Assembly (NCBI GenBank): GCA_043811375.1
Contig: JBDRNJ010000052.1
Coordinates: 1 to 38,600, forward strand
Length of the DNA: 38,600 bases
Reading direction: 5' to 3'
Source: a bacterium
Lineage (GTDB): Bacteria > Zixibacteria > MSB-5A5 > GN15 > FEB-12
In this document: positions 18,003 through 27,597 of the stretch, in pieces
How positions within the stretch are numbered: the stretch's first letter is position 1
Layout of the letters: the number at the start of each line of letters is the position of its first letter
Notes under the pieces: generated by a model
The model's input: the letters and a program-made list of their open reading frames with translations, nothing else
Told to the model about the DNA's origin: nothing
The model's database searches: none
Program-made: the position numbers and the translations under genes

Positions 18003-19184
18003 TCAGAAATCGGTGTTGAGAAAGGATTGGTAGCAGCTTTCGATCTCGGTGAGGTTGTCGGAACCAAACTTCTCCAGAAAGACCTGAGCCAGTTCCAGGG
18101 CCGCGACGTTCTCGCCAATCACGGCCAGTGCCGGAGTGATGCAGACGTCTGACCGTTCCACTATCGCCTGAGCCGGTTGACCGGTTTTCAGATCGACTGT
18201 TTTTAACGGTTGTCTCAAGGTCGAGACAGGTTTGCCGGCGATGCGAATGACAATATCCTCACCGTTGGTCATGCCGCCTTCGATACCACCGGCGTTGTTG
18301 GTTTTGCGAAAGAACCTCTTTTTTGCCGGGTTGCCCATCGCCTGCCGGAATATCTCATCGTGAACCTGAGAACCTCTTTGCTCAGCCGAGTAAAACCCGG
18401 CACCGATCTCAACTCCCTTGACCGATGGGATAGACATCATGGCTCCGGCCAGTCGCGCATCAAGCCGCTGGTACCCCTGTGAGAAACCACCCAGGCCAAT
18501 CGGCAGACCGCCCACGATTACCTCCGCCACACCACCGAGAGTATCAAGCTGCTCTTTCGCTGAGTCGATGGCTTCAATCATTTTTTGCCCGATAGCGTCA
18601 TCAATACAGCGAACCCCGGATGCCTCACTCAGGCGAGCTATCTCGGACAGATCGGGTCGCTTGAAATCCGTCGGTAAAGCTGTCGAACCGATACGAACCA
18701 CGTGCGACACCAGGGCAACCTGAAAGTGCTCCAGGAGTTGTCTGGCCAGGGCGCCGGCAGCCACGCGCGCCGCCGTTTCTCGCGCTGAGGCCCGCTCCAG
18801 CACGTTGCGCAGGTCGCGGTGGTTGTACTTGATCGCTCCAGCCAGGTCGGCGTGCCCGGGACGTGGACAGTGCAGCGGTGAGCGTGAGTCATCATCGCTG
18901 ACGGGGCGGATGGGATGCATGACGTCGCGCCAGTTTTGCCAGTCCCGGTTGTGAATCACGAAAGTAATCGGACCACCCAAAGTGCGGCCACCCCGCAGAC
19001 CGGAGGTTACCTCGACCCGGTCCTGCTCTATTTTCATGCGGCCGCCACGACCATAGCCCTTCTGGCGGCGGGCGAGCTGGTAATTAAGGCGCTCGATATC
19101 TACCGCCAGGCCGGCGGGGAAACCGTCTATGACGGTGGTGAGTTGCGGGCCATGTGATTCACCGGACGTCAGGTACGTCAGCAT
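18003..19184 (-). CDS. aroC: Chorismate synthase
   Basis: MLTYLTSGESHG; RRQKGYGRGGRM; PRPGHADLAG; ERASARETAARVAAG; NNAGGIEGGMTNG; ERSD. Confidence 0.96.
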   Translation of the reverse strand: MLTYLTSGESHGPQLTTVIDGFPAGLAVDIERLNYQLARRQKGYGRGGRMKIEQDRVEVTSGLRGGRTLGGPITFVIHNRDWQNWRDVMHPIRPVSDDDSRSPLHCPRPGHADLAGAIKYNHRDLRNVLERASARETAARVAAGALARQLLEHFQVALVSHVVRIGSTALPTDFKRPDLSEIARLSEASGVRCIDDAIGQKMIEAIDSAKEQLDTLGGVAEVIVGGLPIGLGGFSQGYQRLDARLAGAMMSIPSVKGVEIGAGFYSAEQRGSQVHDEIFRQAMGNPAKKRFFRKTNNAGGIEGGMTNGEDIVIRIAGKPVSTLRQPLKTVDLKTGQPAQAIVERSDVCITPALAVIGENVAALELAQVFLEKFGSDNLTEIESCYQSFLNTDF

Positions 19185-19215
19185 GATGCTAAAATAAGAA
19201 AAAGGCGGGTGCTGG

Positions 19216-20556
19216 TCAACCGGCTGAGACCTTTTCAGGTTCTTCCATGATACGCCGGGAACCCATGGGAGCTTCATCGGACATCTTCTCCAGACGCTGC
19301 TGGATTCGATCATCAATGTTCAGAGCCTGCGACAGATTGTCAAAGCGCTTGTAGTCCAGGGGTGATATACTCTTCATTTCCTCGAGTACTGCCACGATCT
19401 TCTGAACCGCCTGGTCAATGACCTCGATACTGGCCGGTAACTCCTTAATCAGGCGATCTTCCTGCCTTTTGTCCAGAAGCAACCGCAGGAGCTGGGAACG
19501 GCCGTAAATACCCATAACTGCATTGTTGAGGTAGTGCGAGAGAGTGGCCAGGGCAATGTTTTTCGATTCCAGCGCTCCCTTGGTTCGCTCTTCCTCCAAC
19601 AGCTTCCGGCTCAGTTCGCTGCGTTCCTTGAAAAGATGGTCGATAGTCAGAAATGATTCCCAGATTCCCTGGTTGGCCCGTATAAGCATCTCCTCGGTAT
19701 CCCCGATATCGATATCGAGGAATTCGGCAGCTTCTAACGTACCGGAGAGGAGGGAACTTGAGATTTCGTCAATGACATCCCGAGAAAGAGACAATCTGTC
19801 CGCCAGTATGGTGATTTCGCCGAGACGTCCTTCCTGGTTTACCTCAAAACCGGAGAAGCCTTCGCTGGACAAACGGACTGCCAGGCGAACAATATCACAG
19901 AGCAGGTTATCGTTGTCCCTGCTGCCAACCTGATGGTGCCCGGCGATGGCTTCTGTTACAAAGCCGGGAAGACGCCACTGCCGGGACAGCATGCAACCAA
20001 CCTCGGTATGATCGATACCGAATACCTTCTGCTCAGCTTCGCTCAGGCTGGTCGCAGCGACCTTACCGGTGACAATCGGTCGGTATTCCCGGGGGTAATG
20101 GTGCGCGAAAAAGAGGACGCCGATGTCACACAGCAGTCCGGCAATAAGAGCTTCTTCAGGTGCCCGGTGCCTGGTAGCCCGCGCAATCTTCTGCGAAGCC
20201 GTCGCTACCGAAAGTACATAGGCAAAGAAAGATTTGGGGTTGACTCCTGAGTCCCGCGCCACCTTGTCCGGATGGAAAACCGACGTTGAAAGTGCCATAC
20301 ACTTGACAGTAGTGACTCCGAGAACCGCCACCGCCTGGTTAACTGTTTTAATCTCGGCGAGTCGCTGATAGTACGTTGAATTAGACAGGCGCAATATCCT
20401 GCTGGTCAGTGAGGGATCCTTCAGGATTATGCGGGCCAGGATGTCGGGCGATAAATTTTCCTTGCTGACTTCCTTCAGCAACTCGGCCAGCACCTGCGGC
20501 AGGGAAAGCAACTGGTTGTTGCTTTCGATATGATTGATTACAGTGTCTCTATCCAT
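19216..20556 (-). CDS. HDOD-domain signalling protein with a C-terminal HisKA-like helix pair (no HATPase)
   Basis: LLSLPQV, ILKDPSLTSRILRLSNS, AVAVLG, AGLLCDIG, EQKVFGIDHTEVG...WRLP...AIAGHH; C-terminal LATLSHYLNNAVMGIYG. Confidence 0.88.
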   Translation of the reverse strand: MDRDTVINHIESNNQLLSLPQVLAELLKEVSKENLSPDILARIILKDPSLTSRILRLSNSTYYQRLAEIKTVNQAVAVLGVTTVKCMALSTSVFHPDKVARDSGVNPKSFFAYVLSVATASQKIARATRHRAPEEALIAGLLCDIGVLFFAHHYPREYRPIVTGKVAATSLSEAEQKVFGIDHTEVGCMLSRQWRLPGFVTEAIAGHHQVGSRDNDNLLCDIVRLAVRLSSEGFSGFEVNQEGRLGEITILADRLSLSRDVIDEISSSLLSGTLEAAEFLDIDIGDTEEMLIRANQGIWESFLTIDHLFKERSELSRKLLEEERTKGALESKNIALATLSHYLNNAVMGIYGRSQLLRLLLDKRQEDRLIKELPASIEVIDQAVQKIVAVLEEMKSISPLDYKRFDNLSQALNIDDRIQQRLEKMSDEAPMGSRRIMEEPEKVSAG

Positions 20557-20646
20557 ATACCCTCGGTATGGGGAACTTCACATATATTCTATCGGAAATG
20601 TCCGGTATAGGTTTACTTCGGCGGCAGACAATAAACAACCGAGCCT

Positions 20647-22638
20647 TTAGATCTGAGTCTGCGGAGACACGACCGACTGAATCACTTTCGTGAGTTGCTC
20701 AATCCGAAACGGCTTATAGAGGACATCAGCGATACCGGCACTTTCCAATTCAGCCGGTGAAATGTTTGCCTCCCAGCCGGTTACCAACACTATCGGTATT
20801 TCCGGATGCAGGCGACGGATACGTCGGGCGGTTTCCAGCCCGGACATGCCGGGCATAGCCAGGTCGGTCAGCACAATGTCAAAAGTCGACTGAGAAGCCA
20901 GCTTGACGCCCTCCTCGCCCGATCCGGCCGTCACCGGCTCATAGCCCATAGAGCGGCACATGGCCGAGATTAAGTCCAGTATGACCGGCTGATCATCAAT
21001 TGCCAGTACTCTCGCCCGGTCAGGCCGAACCTGATCTTCGGCAGTATGTTCCGGCAGTCGGGCAAACCGGAAGGAAAGATACGACGGTACTTTACCGAAC
21101 CTGTCGAGTGAACAGGCGCAATCCTGATCGACAACGTGGCTCAGATAGGTATCGGCGGGTCGATCTTTCAGAGCCTGCTGAGCCGGTTGGTAAGCACCGA
21201 ACCCGGCCACCGACTCCACCGGCGGGAGGTCCTTATGATGACGCGAAATGTCAAGGTATATGAACCGGTCTCGCTGATAGGTTGTGATCGTGATGGTGTC
21301 ATCATCCTGGGCCAGGGAGGCAAAATGACCGAGCACTTCGTCGGCCAGTAGGCGCACGGCGTCGTCTCCTGCAGTCACGCCGGCGACAGGCGTCAGGGAC
21401 AGATTAATCTCTCGCGGTCGGCCGCCGATCATGTGAAGGTTTTCTGATACGTGCGATCTTTTGAGAACCTTTTTGAGAACCTCATTAATGTTGACGGCAC
21501 CCCCCCGCTGCCCGGAGTCCGGAGACTCTCCCGGCTTTAGTTCCGACGGTTCTTGTTTTCCCGGTGACTGCCTGAGCAGACCGGCAGCCAGTTCGGCTTC
21601 CTTGATTATTCCGGCCAGACGCCGGCGGGTTTCTTCGGGGAGTTGATTTTCTGTCGCGACCAGTTCGGCACTACCGATAATGGCCGACATGTGGTTGTTC
21701 AGATTGAGCACAATCTCATCAAAACGATCGGGCCGGGTAATCTCCGGTATGGCCGCACCTTCGCGAGGATGCAACAGCCGATGGACTGTCAGTCGCGTGG
21801 AGAACAACCCGACCGCGAGTGTTATCAGTCGTTCCCATTCACCTTTTTCCGGCTCCCTAATGTCGAACAGGAAGACCTTCACCACGGCGACGGGCTCTCC
21901 CGCCTCAATGATGGGACAGGTGGCCATCAGAGCCGGTGACTGTTTGTCTCCGCACAACCGATAGAACACATCGCGATTGCTCGACTGATAATCTTCCAAC
22001 CGTCGGCTCACCCGATCGCGGCCAAACACGAATACCGGTTCCAAACCGCTGCTTGTCTGACCAGTGTCACCTTCGCCCGGCCGGATCAGTAAATCGGAAA
22101 AATCGGTTGGCCGGTCGGGAAAACCATCGGTACCGACATAGCGGCCGTCGGTTCGGCGAGTCAGGACAATCGCCGACGCCGAGGTCGGCAGAGTGCTGCG
22201 TAGACAGTCAATCAGGAAACGCCATTTATCTTCTTCGGAGTCGGCCTTGTCAAAACGCAGCAGCCCCAGGATTTTTTCAAATCCTTTACGACGAGTAATA
22301 TCCAGACGCCGGGACTCGGACTGATCGAGCACCAGAACGGCCAGTCGGGCCAGTATTTCAATTTTCTTCAGATCGGAGTTGTCAACGACGAACGCCCCTG
22401 ACTCATGGCATAGCAGCAGAGCACTGCCCACCCGGTGACGATCGAGGGGGAAAACCAGCGAAGAGAAAGCCACCAGGGCACGGCCCTGTTCATCAACAGC
22501 CTCCTGATTGATAACAAGCGGCTTCTGTCTGTCGAGGGCTTCCACCAGCGCCGTTTTGTAGTTCTCTGTGAGTTTCTGAAGCGGCTCACTCCCGGCAGCG
22601 AAATGCAGCGCCCCTCCCTGCATCTGCAGTAAATGCAC
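20647..22638 (-). CDS. C-terminal part of a frameshifted hybrid sensor: GAF-like, degenerate HisKA/HATPase, intact receiver (REC) domain
   Basis: REC: VLAIDDQ...IVLTDLAMPGMSG...VLVTG...KPF. The reading frame stays open upstream past the 22772-22776 T5 run and joins the 22734-23603 ORF. Confidence 0.75.
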   Translation of the reverse strand: MHLLQMQGGALHFAAGSEPLQKLTENYKTALVEALDRQKPLVINQEAVDEQGRALVAFSSLVFPLDRHRVGSALLLCHESGAFVVDNSDLKKIEILARLAVLVLDQSESRRLDITRRKGFEKILGLLRFDKADSEEDKWRFLIDCLRSTLPTSASAIVLTRRTDGRYVGTDGFPDRPTDFSDLLIRPGEGDTGQTSSGLEPVFVFGRDRVSRRLEDYQSSNRDVFYRLCGDKQSPALMATCPIIEAGEPVAVVKVFLFDIREPEKGEWERLITLAVGLFSTRLTVHRLLHPREGAAIPEITRPDRFDEIVLNLNNHMSAIIGSAELVATENQLPEETRRRLAGIIKEAELAAGLLRQSPGKQEPSELKPGESPDSGQRGGAVNINEVLKKVLKRSHVSENLHMIGGRPREINLSLTPVAGVTAGDDAVRLLADEVLGHFASLAQDDDTITITTYQRDRFIYLDISRHHKDLPPVESVAGFGAYQPAQQALKDRPADTYLSHVVDQDCACSLDRFGKVPSYLSFRFARLPEHTAEDQVRPDRARVLAIDDQPVILDLISAMCRSMGYEPVTAGSGEEGVKLASQSTFDIVLTDLAMPGMSGLETARRIRRLHPEIPIVLVTGWEANISPAELESAGIADVLYKPFRIEQLTKVIQSVVSPQTQI

Positions 22639-22733
22639 CGAGTGACAACCGGCCAGTCCTACCAGGCTTCGGCAGAACTCATTCGCAGCTTCCCGGGCAG
22701 TAAATGCTTTGACGGCACCAGTAAACCGTGCGG

Positions 22734-23603
22734 TCAGTTCAGCGTGTTCTGCCTGGTGGTTGTCAACCTCCTTTTTGCCGCCGCCAGTTCTCTGGTTAAG
22801 CGGGCCGACCTGATTTTCTCCGCCAGCCAGTCGGCCACCGGCGCCAGATATCGTATTTCGGAATTGCTGAAGTACTTTTCCTGCTGGGCAAACAGAATGA
22901 GACCGCCGATCCTGTCCGTTCCCGACATCAGCGGCAGCAGCAGGCAGGAGTTAAAACGAGATTCGACCGGTCGGTCACTACTGCGCTTAATAAAATCAAA
23001 CTTGCCGGCTATCAGCGGTTCCCCCAGGTCAACTGCCTGGCTGACCAGATTGCGCTCCAGGGGGTAATACTCCAGCGCCGTCGTTTCTTGTTTGGTCAGA
23101 CCTACCGCTGATGCCAACACAAACTGCCGACGGCTGCGATTTAGAAGAAAAACGGCACCGGCACATTCCGGCAGGTGGGCCACAATCTCCTTGATGGAAA
23201 TGTTCAGCAATTGCATCAACTGATACGGTTGACGAGTTTCGTGCCGCAGATCATCCAGCACTGACAGTTTCTGCTCGCGGATTTCCAGTTCGGTTTTTCT
23301 TGTCTGCCAGGAATCCGCATACAACGAGATGGCTACCACTACCAGTACCAGTCCACCCAGATACAGCAGATACTGGGACATATCAAGGTACAGGTAGACC
23401 GAATCCAAAAACCATTCCCGGTAGGCTCCCAGGCCCTTCACCACCTGCCACGAGGAGGCAGCCAGCAGCAGAGCACCGCCGGCCAGCAGCGACCCGGAGC
23501 CTGACAGGCGGTGGTCGGAAAGCAGCCGCAGGCGCACCAGCAGGAACAGTACTCCCAGCAGTACTATAGTAACGGAGAGCAGGCCGGATATCATTTCGGG
23601 CAT
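22734..23603 (-). CDS. N-terminal part of the frameshifted hybrid sensor: three TM segments plus GAF domain
   Basis: Hydrophobic N-terminus; GAF signature GAVFLLN...LASAVGL...SCLLLPLMSGTDRIGGLIL...FSNSEIRYLAPVADWLA; start overlaps the miaB stop (TGATG). Confidence 0.75.
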   Translation of the reverse strand: MPEMISGLLSVTIVLLGVLFLLVRLRLLSDHRLSGSGSLLAGGALLLAASSWQVVKGLGAYREWFLDSVYLYLDMSQYLLYLGGLVLVVVAISLYADSWQTRKTELEIREQKLSVLDDLRHETRQPYQLMQLLNISIKEIVAHLPECAGAVFLLNRSRRQFVLASAVGLTKQETTALEYYPLERNLVSQAVDLGEPLIAGKFDFIKRSSDRPVESRFNSCLLLPLMSGTDRIGGLILFAQQEKYFSNSEIRYLAPVADWLAEKIRSARLTRELAAAKRRLTTTRQNTLN

Positions 23604-24922
23604 CAGTGTGCCTCCTCAAGTTGTCCGTGAAGGGTGTAAGCATCAGCCTCGGCGATACGCACGGGCACGATCTTCCCCGGCGAGAGACCATCCGCCGAAA
23701 ACAACACGGTCTTGTTACTCTCGGTTCTGGCCCGCAGATACCGGTGGCTGCGACGAGAGACACCTTCGATCAGTCCGTACCTGATCTGATTTACTTCACG
23801 CTGGTTACACTCGGCGCCTATCTGCTGCTGCAGGTTGATCAACCGGTTCAGCCGGCGAATTTTCTCTTCTTCGGATACATCATCATGGTGCCCGGTCGCG
23901 GTCGTTCCCGGTCGGACCGAGTAGCGGAACATGAAAGCAGCATCAAAACGAAACTCTCGCACGGCCTGCAGCGTCTGTTGATATTCCGCCTCTGTCTCGG
24001 AGGGGAAACCTACGATGAGGTCGGTGGTAAGGGACACATAGTCCAGACGGTGGCGAATGTAGTCAATGATTTGACGATACTGCTGAAGGGTATAACCGCG
24101 ACCCATCATCTGTAAAATACGATCGCACCCGGACTGAAGCGGCAGATGAATATGCGGCATCATTTTCGGCTCGGCCGCCATTACATCCACTAACTTCCGG
24201 GACAGATCTTTGGGGTGTGAGGTCATGAAGCGAATCCGCTGTATATCGGTCTCACCGGCGATACGCTCAACCAGTGCCGGGAAATCACACTCGCCGTACC
24301 GGTAGCTGTTGACATTCTGCCCCAGCAGAGTGACATCAACCACGCCTTCATCGACCAGTCGTTTGATTGAATCGATAATCCCGTCAGCCGAGTGCGCCCG
24401 TTCTTCGCCCCGGACATAAGGGACAATACAGTAGGAGCAGAAGTTGCTGCAGCCGCGCGAGATGGTGACAAAGGCAGCGAACGAAGTCTCCATGGCCGGG
24501 GCTATGGTATCCATATTCTCGTGCCCGAAAGCGGTCATTACCGGCGAGGTACCCTCGATACCTTCCAGCACATCGGGCAGTTCAAACAGCCGGTCGGTTC
24601 CCAGCACGTAGTCAACGTGGGGAGCTTTCTCAAGCAGTTTTTCGCCCCACCGCTGAGCCATACAGCCCACTACGGCCACTCGCTGGTGCGGCCTTTTCCG
24701 TTTGTAAGCGGAGATTTCTCCCAGACGGCCCAGAACCCTCTGCTCGGCCTTGTCGCGTACCGAGCAGGTGTTCAAAATGATCAGATCAGCCAGAGATTCG
24801 TCGGTGATACGCCGGTAGCCACGTGTGATCAGGCCGGCGACCAGAGTCGACGAATCAGCCAGATTCATCTGGCAGCCATAGGTCGAAATGTGAAAGGTCT
24901 TTATCTTTCTGTTCTTTTCCAC
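23603..24922 (-). CDS. miaB: tRNA-2-methylthio-N6-dimethylallyladenosine synthase
   Basis: TYGCQMNLADS, NTCSVRDKAEQ, VGCMAQ, radical SAM CSNFCSYC, LLGQNVNSY, RFMTSHPKD, C-terminal TRAM. Probable GTG start at 24922 (ORF track start 25003). Confidence 0.95.
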   Translation of the reverse strand: MEKNRKIKTFHISTYGCQMNLADSSTLVAGLITRGYRRITDESLADLIILNTCSVRDKAEQRVLGRLGEISAYKRKRPHQRVAVVGCMAQRWGEKLLEKAPHVDYVLGTDRLFELPDVLEGIEGTSPVMTAFGHENMDTIAPAMETSFAAFVTISRGCSNFCSYCIVPYVRGEERAHSADGIIDSIKRLVDEGVVDVTLLGQNVNSYRYGECDFPALVERIAGETDIQRIRFMTSHPKDLSRKLVDVMAAEPKMMPHIHLPLQSGCDRILQMMGRGYTLQQYRQIIDYIRHRLDYVSLTTDLIVGFPSETEAEYQQTLQAVREFRFDAAFMFRYSVRPGTTATGHHDDVSEEEKIRRLNRLINLQQQIGAECNQREVNQIRYGLIEGVSRRSHRYLRARTESNKTVLFSADGLSPGKIVPVRIAEADAYTLHGQLEEAH

Positions 24923-25131
24923 GCAAAACCCACCGACGGCATGAACTATCCCAATTGCTGAGCGGGCACAGAAAAATGATAGGCGATAGTCGGCGAAAGG
25001 CAACTAAAAAGGGGACTAAAGACACAACTTGAAGAAACTAAGGCACTGAGCCCGGTCGGTGGTTGTTGCCGGCCGGTAGTGGTTAATTTTCGGCCTGAGG
25101 ATCATTTAATGAGGTATGACCCTCAAACTGT

Positions 25132-27351
25132 TCACAAAACACAGCCCAACTGCGGCGCCGGTCCTGACTGAAACAAGTAGGCCACCAGATACGTCAGGTC
25201 ACCCACGTCGACGGCACAGGAAGCGTCCACATCGGCCAGGTCGGCAATCGGCGGCGGTGGACCGCCCTGAAAAAGATAGGCCACCAGAAAGGTCAGATCA
25301 CCCACGTCAACCGAGCCGTTGTAGTCAACATCGCCCGCCACTACCAAGGTCGGGCTGACGGTCAGAGTAAACTCAAGATCGTCTGTCTGACCAAAAGCGT
25401 CAATATGCACGGTAAACGTAAACTGGCCCGTGTCCGAGGTGACACCGCTGATAAGACCGTCATTATCAATGCCGTACCCATCCGGCAGAGCGCCGGCGAC
25501 AATCGTGAAGTCCTCCTGGCCATTGCCGCCTTTGGCTTCAATCGTGTCGGCATAGGGCAGGTATTGTTGAGCGTCGCTGATCTCTTCGGGGAATGTTACT
25601 ATGCGGACGCCCCAGGCAAACTGGTTATTGACCTCAAGCACCCGGTTGTCGCGGTCAAGCTGGACAAGCATTATATCATCCAGGTCTATATGGAACTTGA
25701 ACCGTTGTGATCGCTGGTCCACCCACAGCGTATCCCTGGTATGAGAGCTGGTGTTTTTCTGGAAATAAAACTCCACCGGCATAATAAACGCTTGCGGAGT
25801 GGTTGTTTGTGTTTGCTCCACGATCATGTAGACATCGGTGCCGCCCCCGGTCGGTTCGAAATAGTATGACCACTGGTAGTTGGGCATATACCAGCCGTAA
25901 ACCCACTCATCGAAGAACCAGTCCAGGTCCATACCGGAGACGTTCTCCATGATGTCGCGGAAATCCTCGGTGGTAGCAGTGCCGTGCTGGAATTCGGAGT
26001 TGTAGTATGCTCGCATTCCGGCAAAGAACGACGAATCACCCACTACCCAACGCAGCATGTGCAACACCCAGCCACCTTTGTCGTACTGGGCGAGAGTGAA
26101 TAGATTGGACAGGGTGTCATACGAATAGACAGAGTTACTAGCATTGTGATACTCAATCCCGGTCATATAGTCGAGATAGTACTCATGTCCGATCTTCTGT
26201 TCAAAGTAAAGCGCTTCGCAGTAGGTGGCAAAACCCTCATTGAGCCAGAGATGCCCCCACGACCGGCAGGTGATCATGTCGCCCCACCACTGGTGGGCCA
26301 GTTCATGCACCACCACCCACTCGGAGAAAATGCGATCTGTGGTCCCCATAGTACTCATAGTCTGATGTTCCATAGCGCCGCCGCCGCCATCCGTGGAGTG
26401 GCCGTATTTCTCGTCGGCAAACGGATAAGGACCAAACAGATCAGAAAAGATCGTCAGTGCACCAGGGACAACACCGTAACTTGTCAGCGACTTGGAGTAG
26501 ACATCGGGAAAGACAGCATTGGTAATCAGCATCGTATCCAGGCCACCGTTGTGGACCCACTCGTCGTACCAGACAGTGTATTCGGAAATTGCCAGCGAAA
26601 ACAGGTAAGTCACCATCGGGTAATGCTCGGTGTAGTAGAAGGTGTGCCAGCGATCGCCTTCGTAGACAATCGAATCCAGCGTGCCGTTGGAGCCGACATA
26701 GAAAGACGTATCCACAGTGACGGCTATACTGAATGAGTCAGCTTTATCATCAGGCCGGTCCTTGCAGGGCCACCAGACACGAGCACTCCAGGGTTCGGAA
26801 TAGGTAGCCAGGCAGACGGTGCCGGATTGGGTACGGGTAACGAACATATAGGTAGAACGATAGAAGACATCAAACTCAAACTGCTCATCGGTGTTGTAGG
26901 GCCGATCAAGAGTTACTGTCACCTGGTCGCCTGAGCGGGAAAAAGCCAGCGAGCCGGTCGGTGCTATAATGGAATCAAGCGGCCTGTCACCGTTGTAATC
27001 GAACTGAATTTCCTCGACACCATCGATCGTTGCCCGGGCGACAAACTTCACCCGGCCATAAAGGGTATCGTAGTAGATTTCCGGTATGTCATCGGTAAGG
27101 ATATGAATGTCATAGAAGAGGACATCATAATCAGTCTGCAAATCGGCGGAGCCGGTTGGCAGCAACTTCTGATGAAACGCCAGATCAGCCATCGCCTGCT
27201 GTTTGGCCTCGGCCAGGGCGCGGTGAGCCTCGCGTACCTGCGTCATGTCCGGGTGTGGATACTCCTCTTCGACCGGGGCGCTTAAAACCGGTGCCATCCA
27301 GGTCATCAGAATAATCCCCCGGAGTATTGCTGTTCGTGCGTACTTTTTCAC
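25132..27351 (-). CDS. Secreted M1-family aminopeptidase with an Ig-like domain and a C-terminal dockerin-like domain (paralog 1)
   Basis: WWPCKDRPDDKA, GGAMEH, HELAHQWWGD...WLNEGFATY, YDKGGWVLHMLR; LPDG..ID..G.ISG Ig motif; duplicated GDVDYNGSVDVGDLTFLVAYLF / ADVDASCAVDVGDLTYLVAYLF. GTG at 27351 follows aaggag. Confidence 0.9.
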   Translation of the reverse strand: MKKYARTAILRGIILMTWMAPVLSAPVEEEYPHPDMTQVREAHRALAEAKQQAMADLAFHQKLLPTGSADLQTDYDVLFYDIHILTDDIPEIYYDTLYGRVKFVARATIDGVEEIQFDYNGDRPLDSIIAPTGSLAFSRSGDQVTVTLDRPYNTDEQFEFDVFYRSTYMFVTRTQSGTVCLATYSEPWSARVWWPCKDRPDDKADSFSIAVTVDTSFYVGSNGTLDSIVYEGDRWHTFYYTEHYPMVTYLFSLAISEYTVWYDEWVHNGGLDTMLITNAVFPDVYSKSLTSYGVVPGALTIFSDLFGPYPFADEKYGHSTDGGGGAMEHQTMSTMGTTDRIFSEWVVVHELAHQWWGDMITCRSWGHLWLNEGFATYCEALYFEQKIGHEYYLDYMTGIEYHNASNSVYSYDTLSNLFTLAQYDKGGWVLHMLRWVVGDSSFFAGMRAYYNSEFQHGTATTEDFRDIMENVSGMDLDWFFDEWVYGWYMPNYQWSYYFEPTGGGTDVYMIVEQTQTTTPQAFIMPVEFYFQKNTSSHTRDTLWVDQRSQRFKFHIDLDDIMLVQLDRDNRVLEVNNQFAWGVRIVTFPEEISDAQQYLPYADTIEAKGGNGQEDFTIVAGALPDGYGIDNDGLISGVTSDTGQFTFTVHIDAFGQTDDLEFTLTVSPTLVVAGDVDYNGSVDVGDLTFLVAYLFQGGPPPPIADLADVDASCAVDVGDLTYLVAYLFQSGPAPQLGCVL

Positions 27352-27528
27352 CTGGCGGCGCTCCTTTCGCGCGGAGTTATTTGACTTTCTCACACGGCGG
27401 ATTCCGAGTTTTCAATGCGGTGGCGGTGTAAACCGAAGTATCCTACTCCCAATATACGAATCCGGGCGTTTTCGTCAAGGCTGATTAACGGCCACCGGAT
27501 GCGCAACCGGCGCACTCAAATCCTGCAC

Positions 27529-27558
27529 AAATAAAAGACCTCCGATTTCTCGGAGGTC
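27529..27558 (-). terminator. Rho-independent terminator after M1 paralog 2
   Basis: Perfect 9-bp stem gacctccga-tttc-tcggaggtc; followed on the minus strand by ttttattt. Confidence 0.75.
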
Positions 27559-27597
27559 GATACTGCTTGTAATGGTCGCTTTTTACGACAAACGGAG

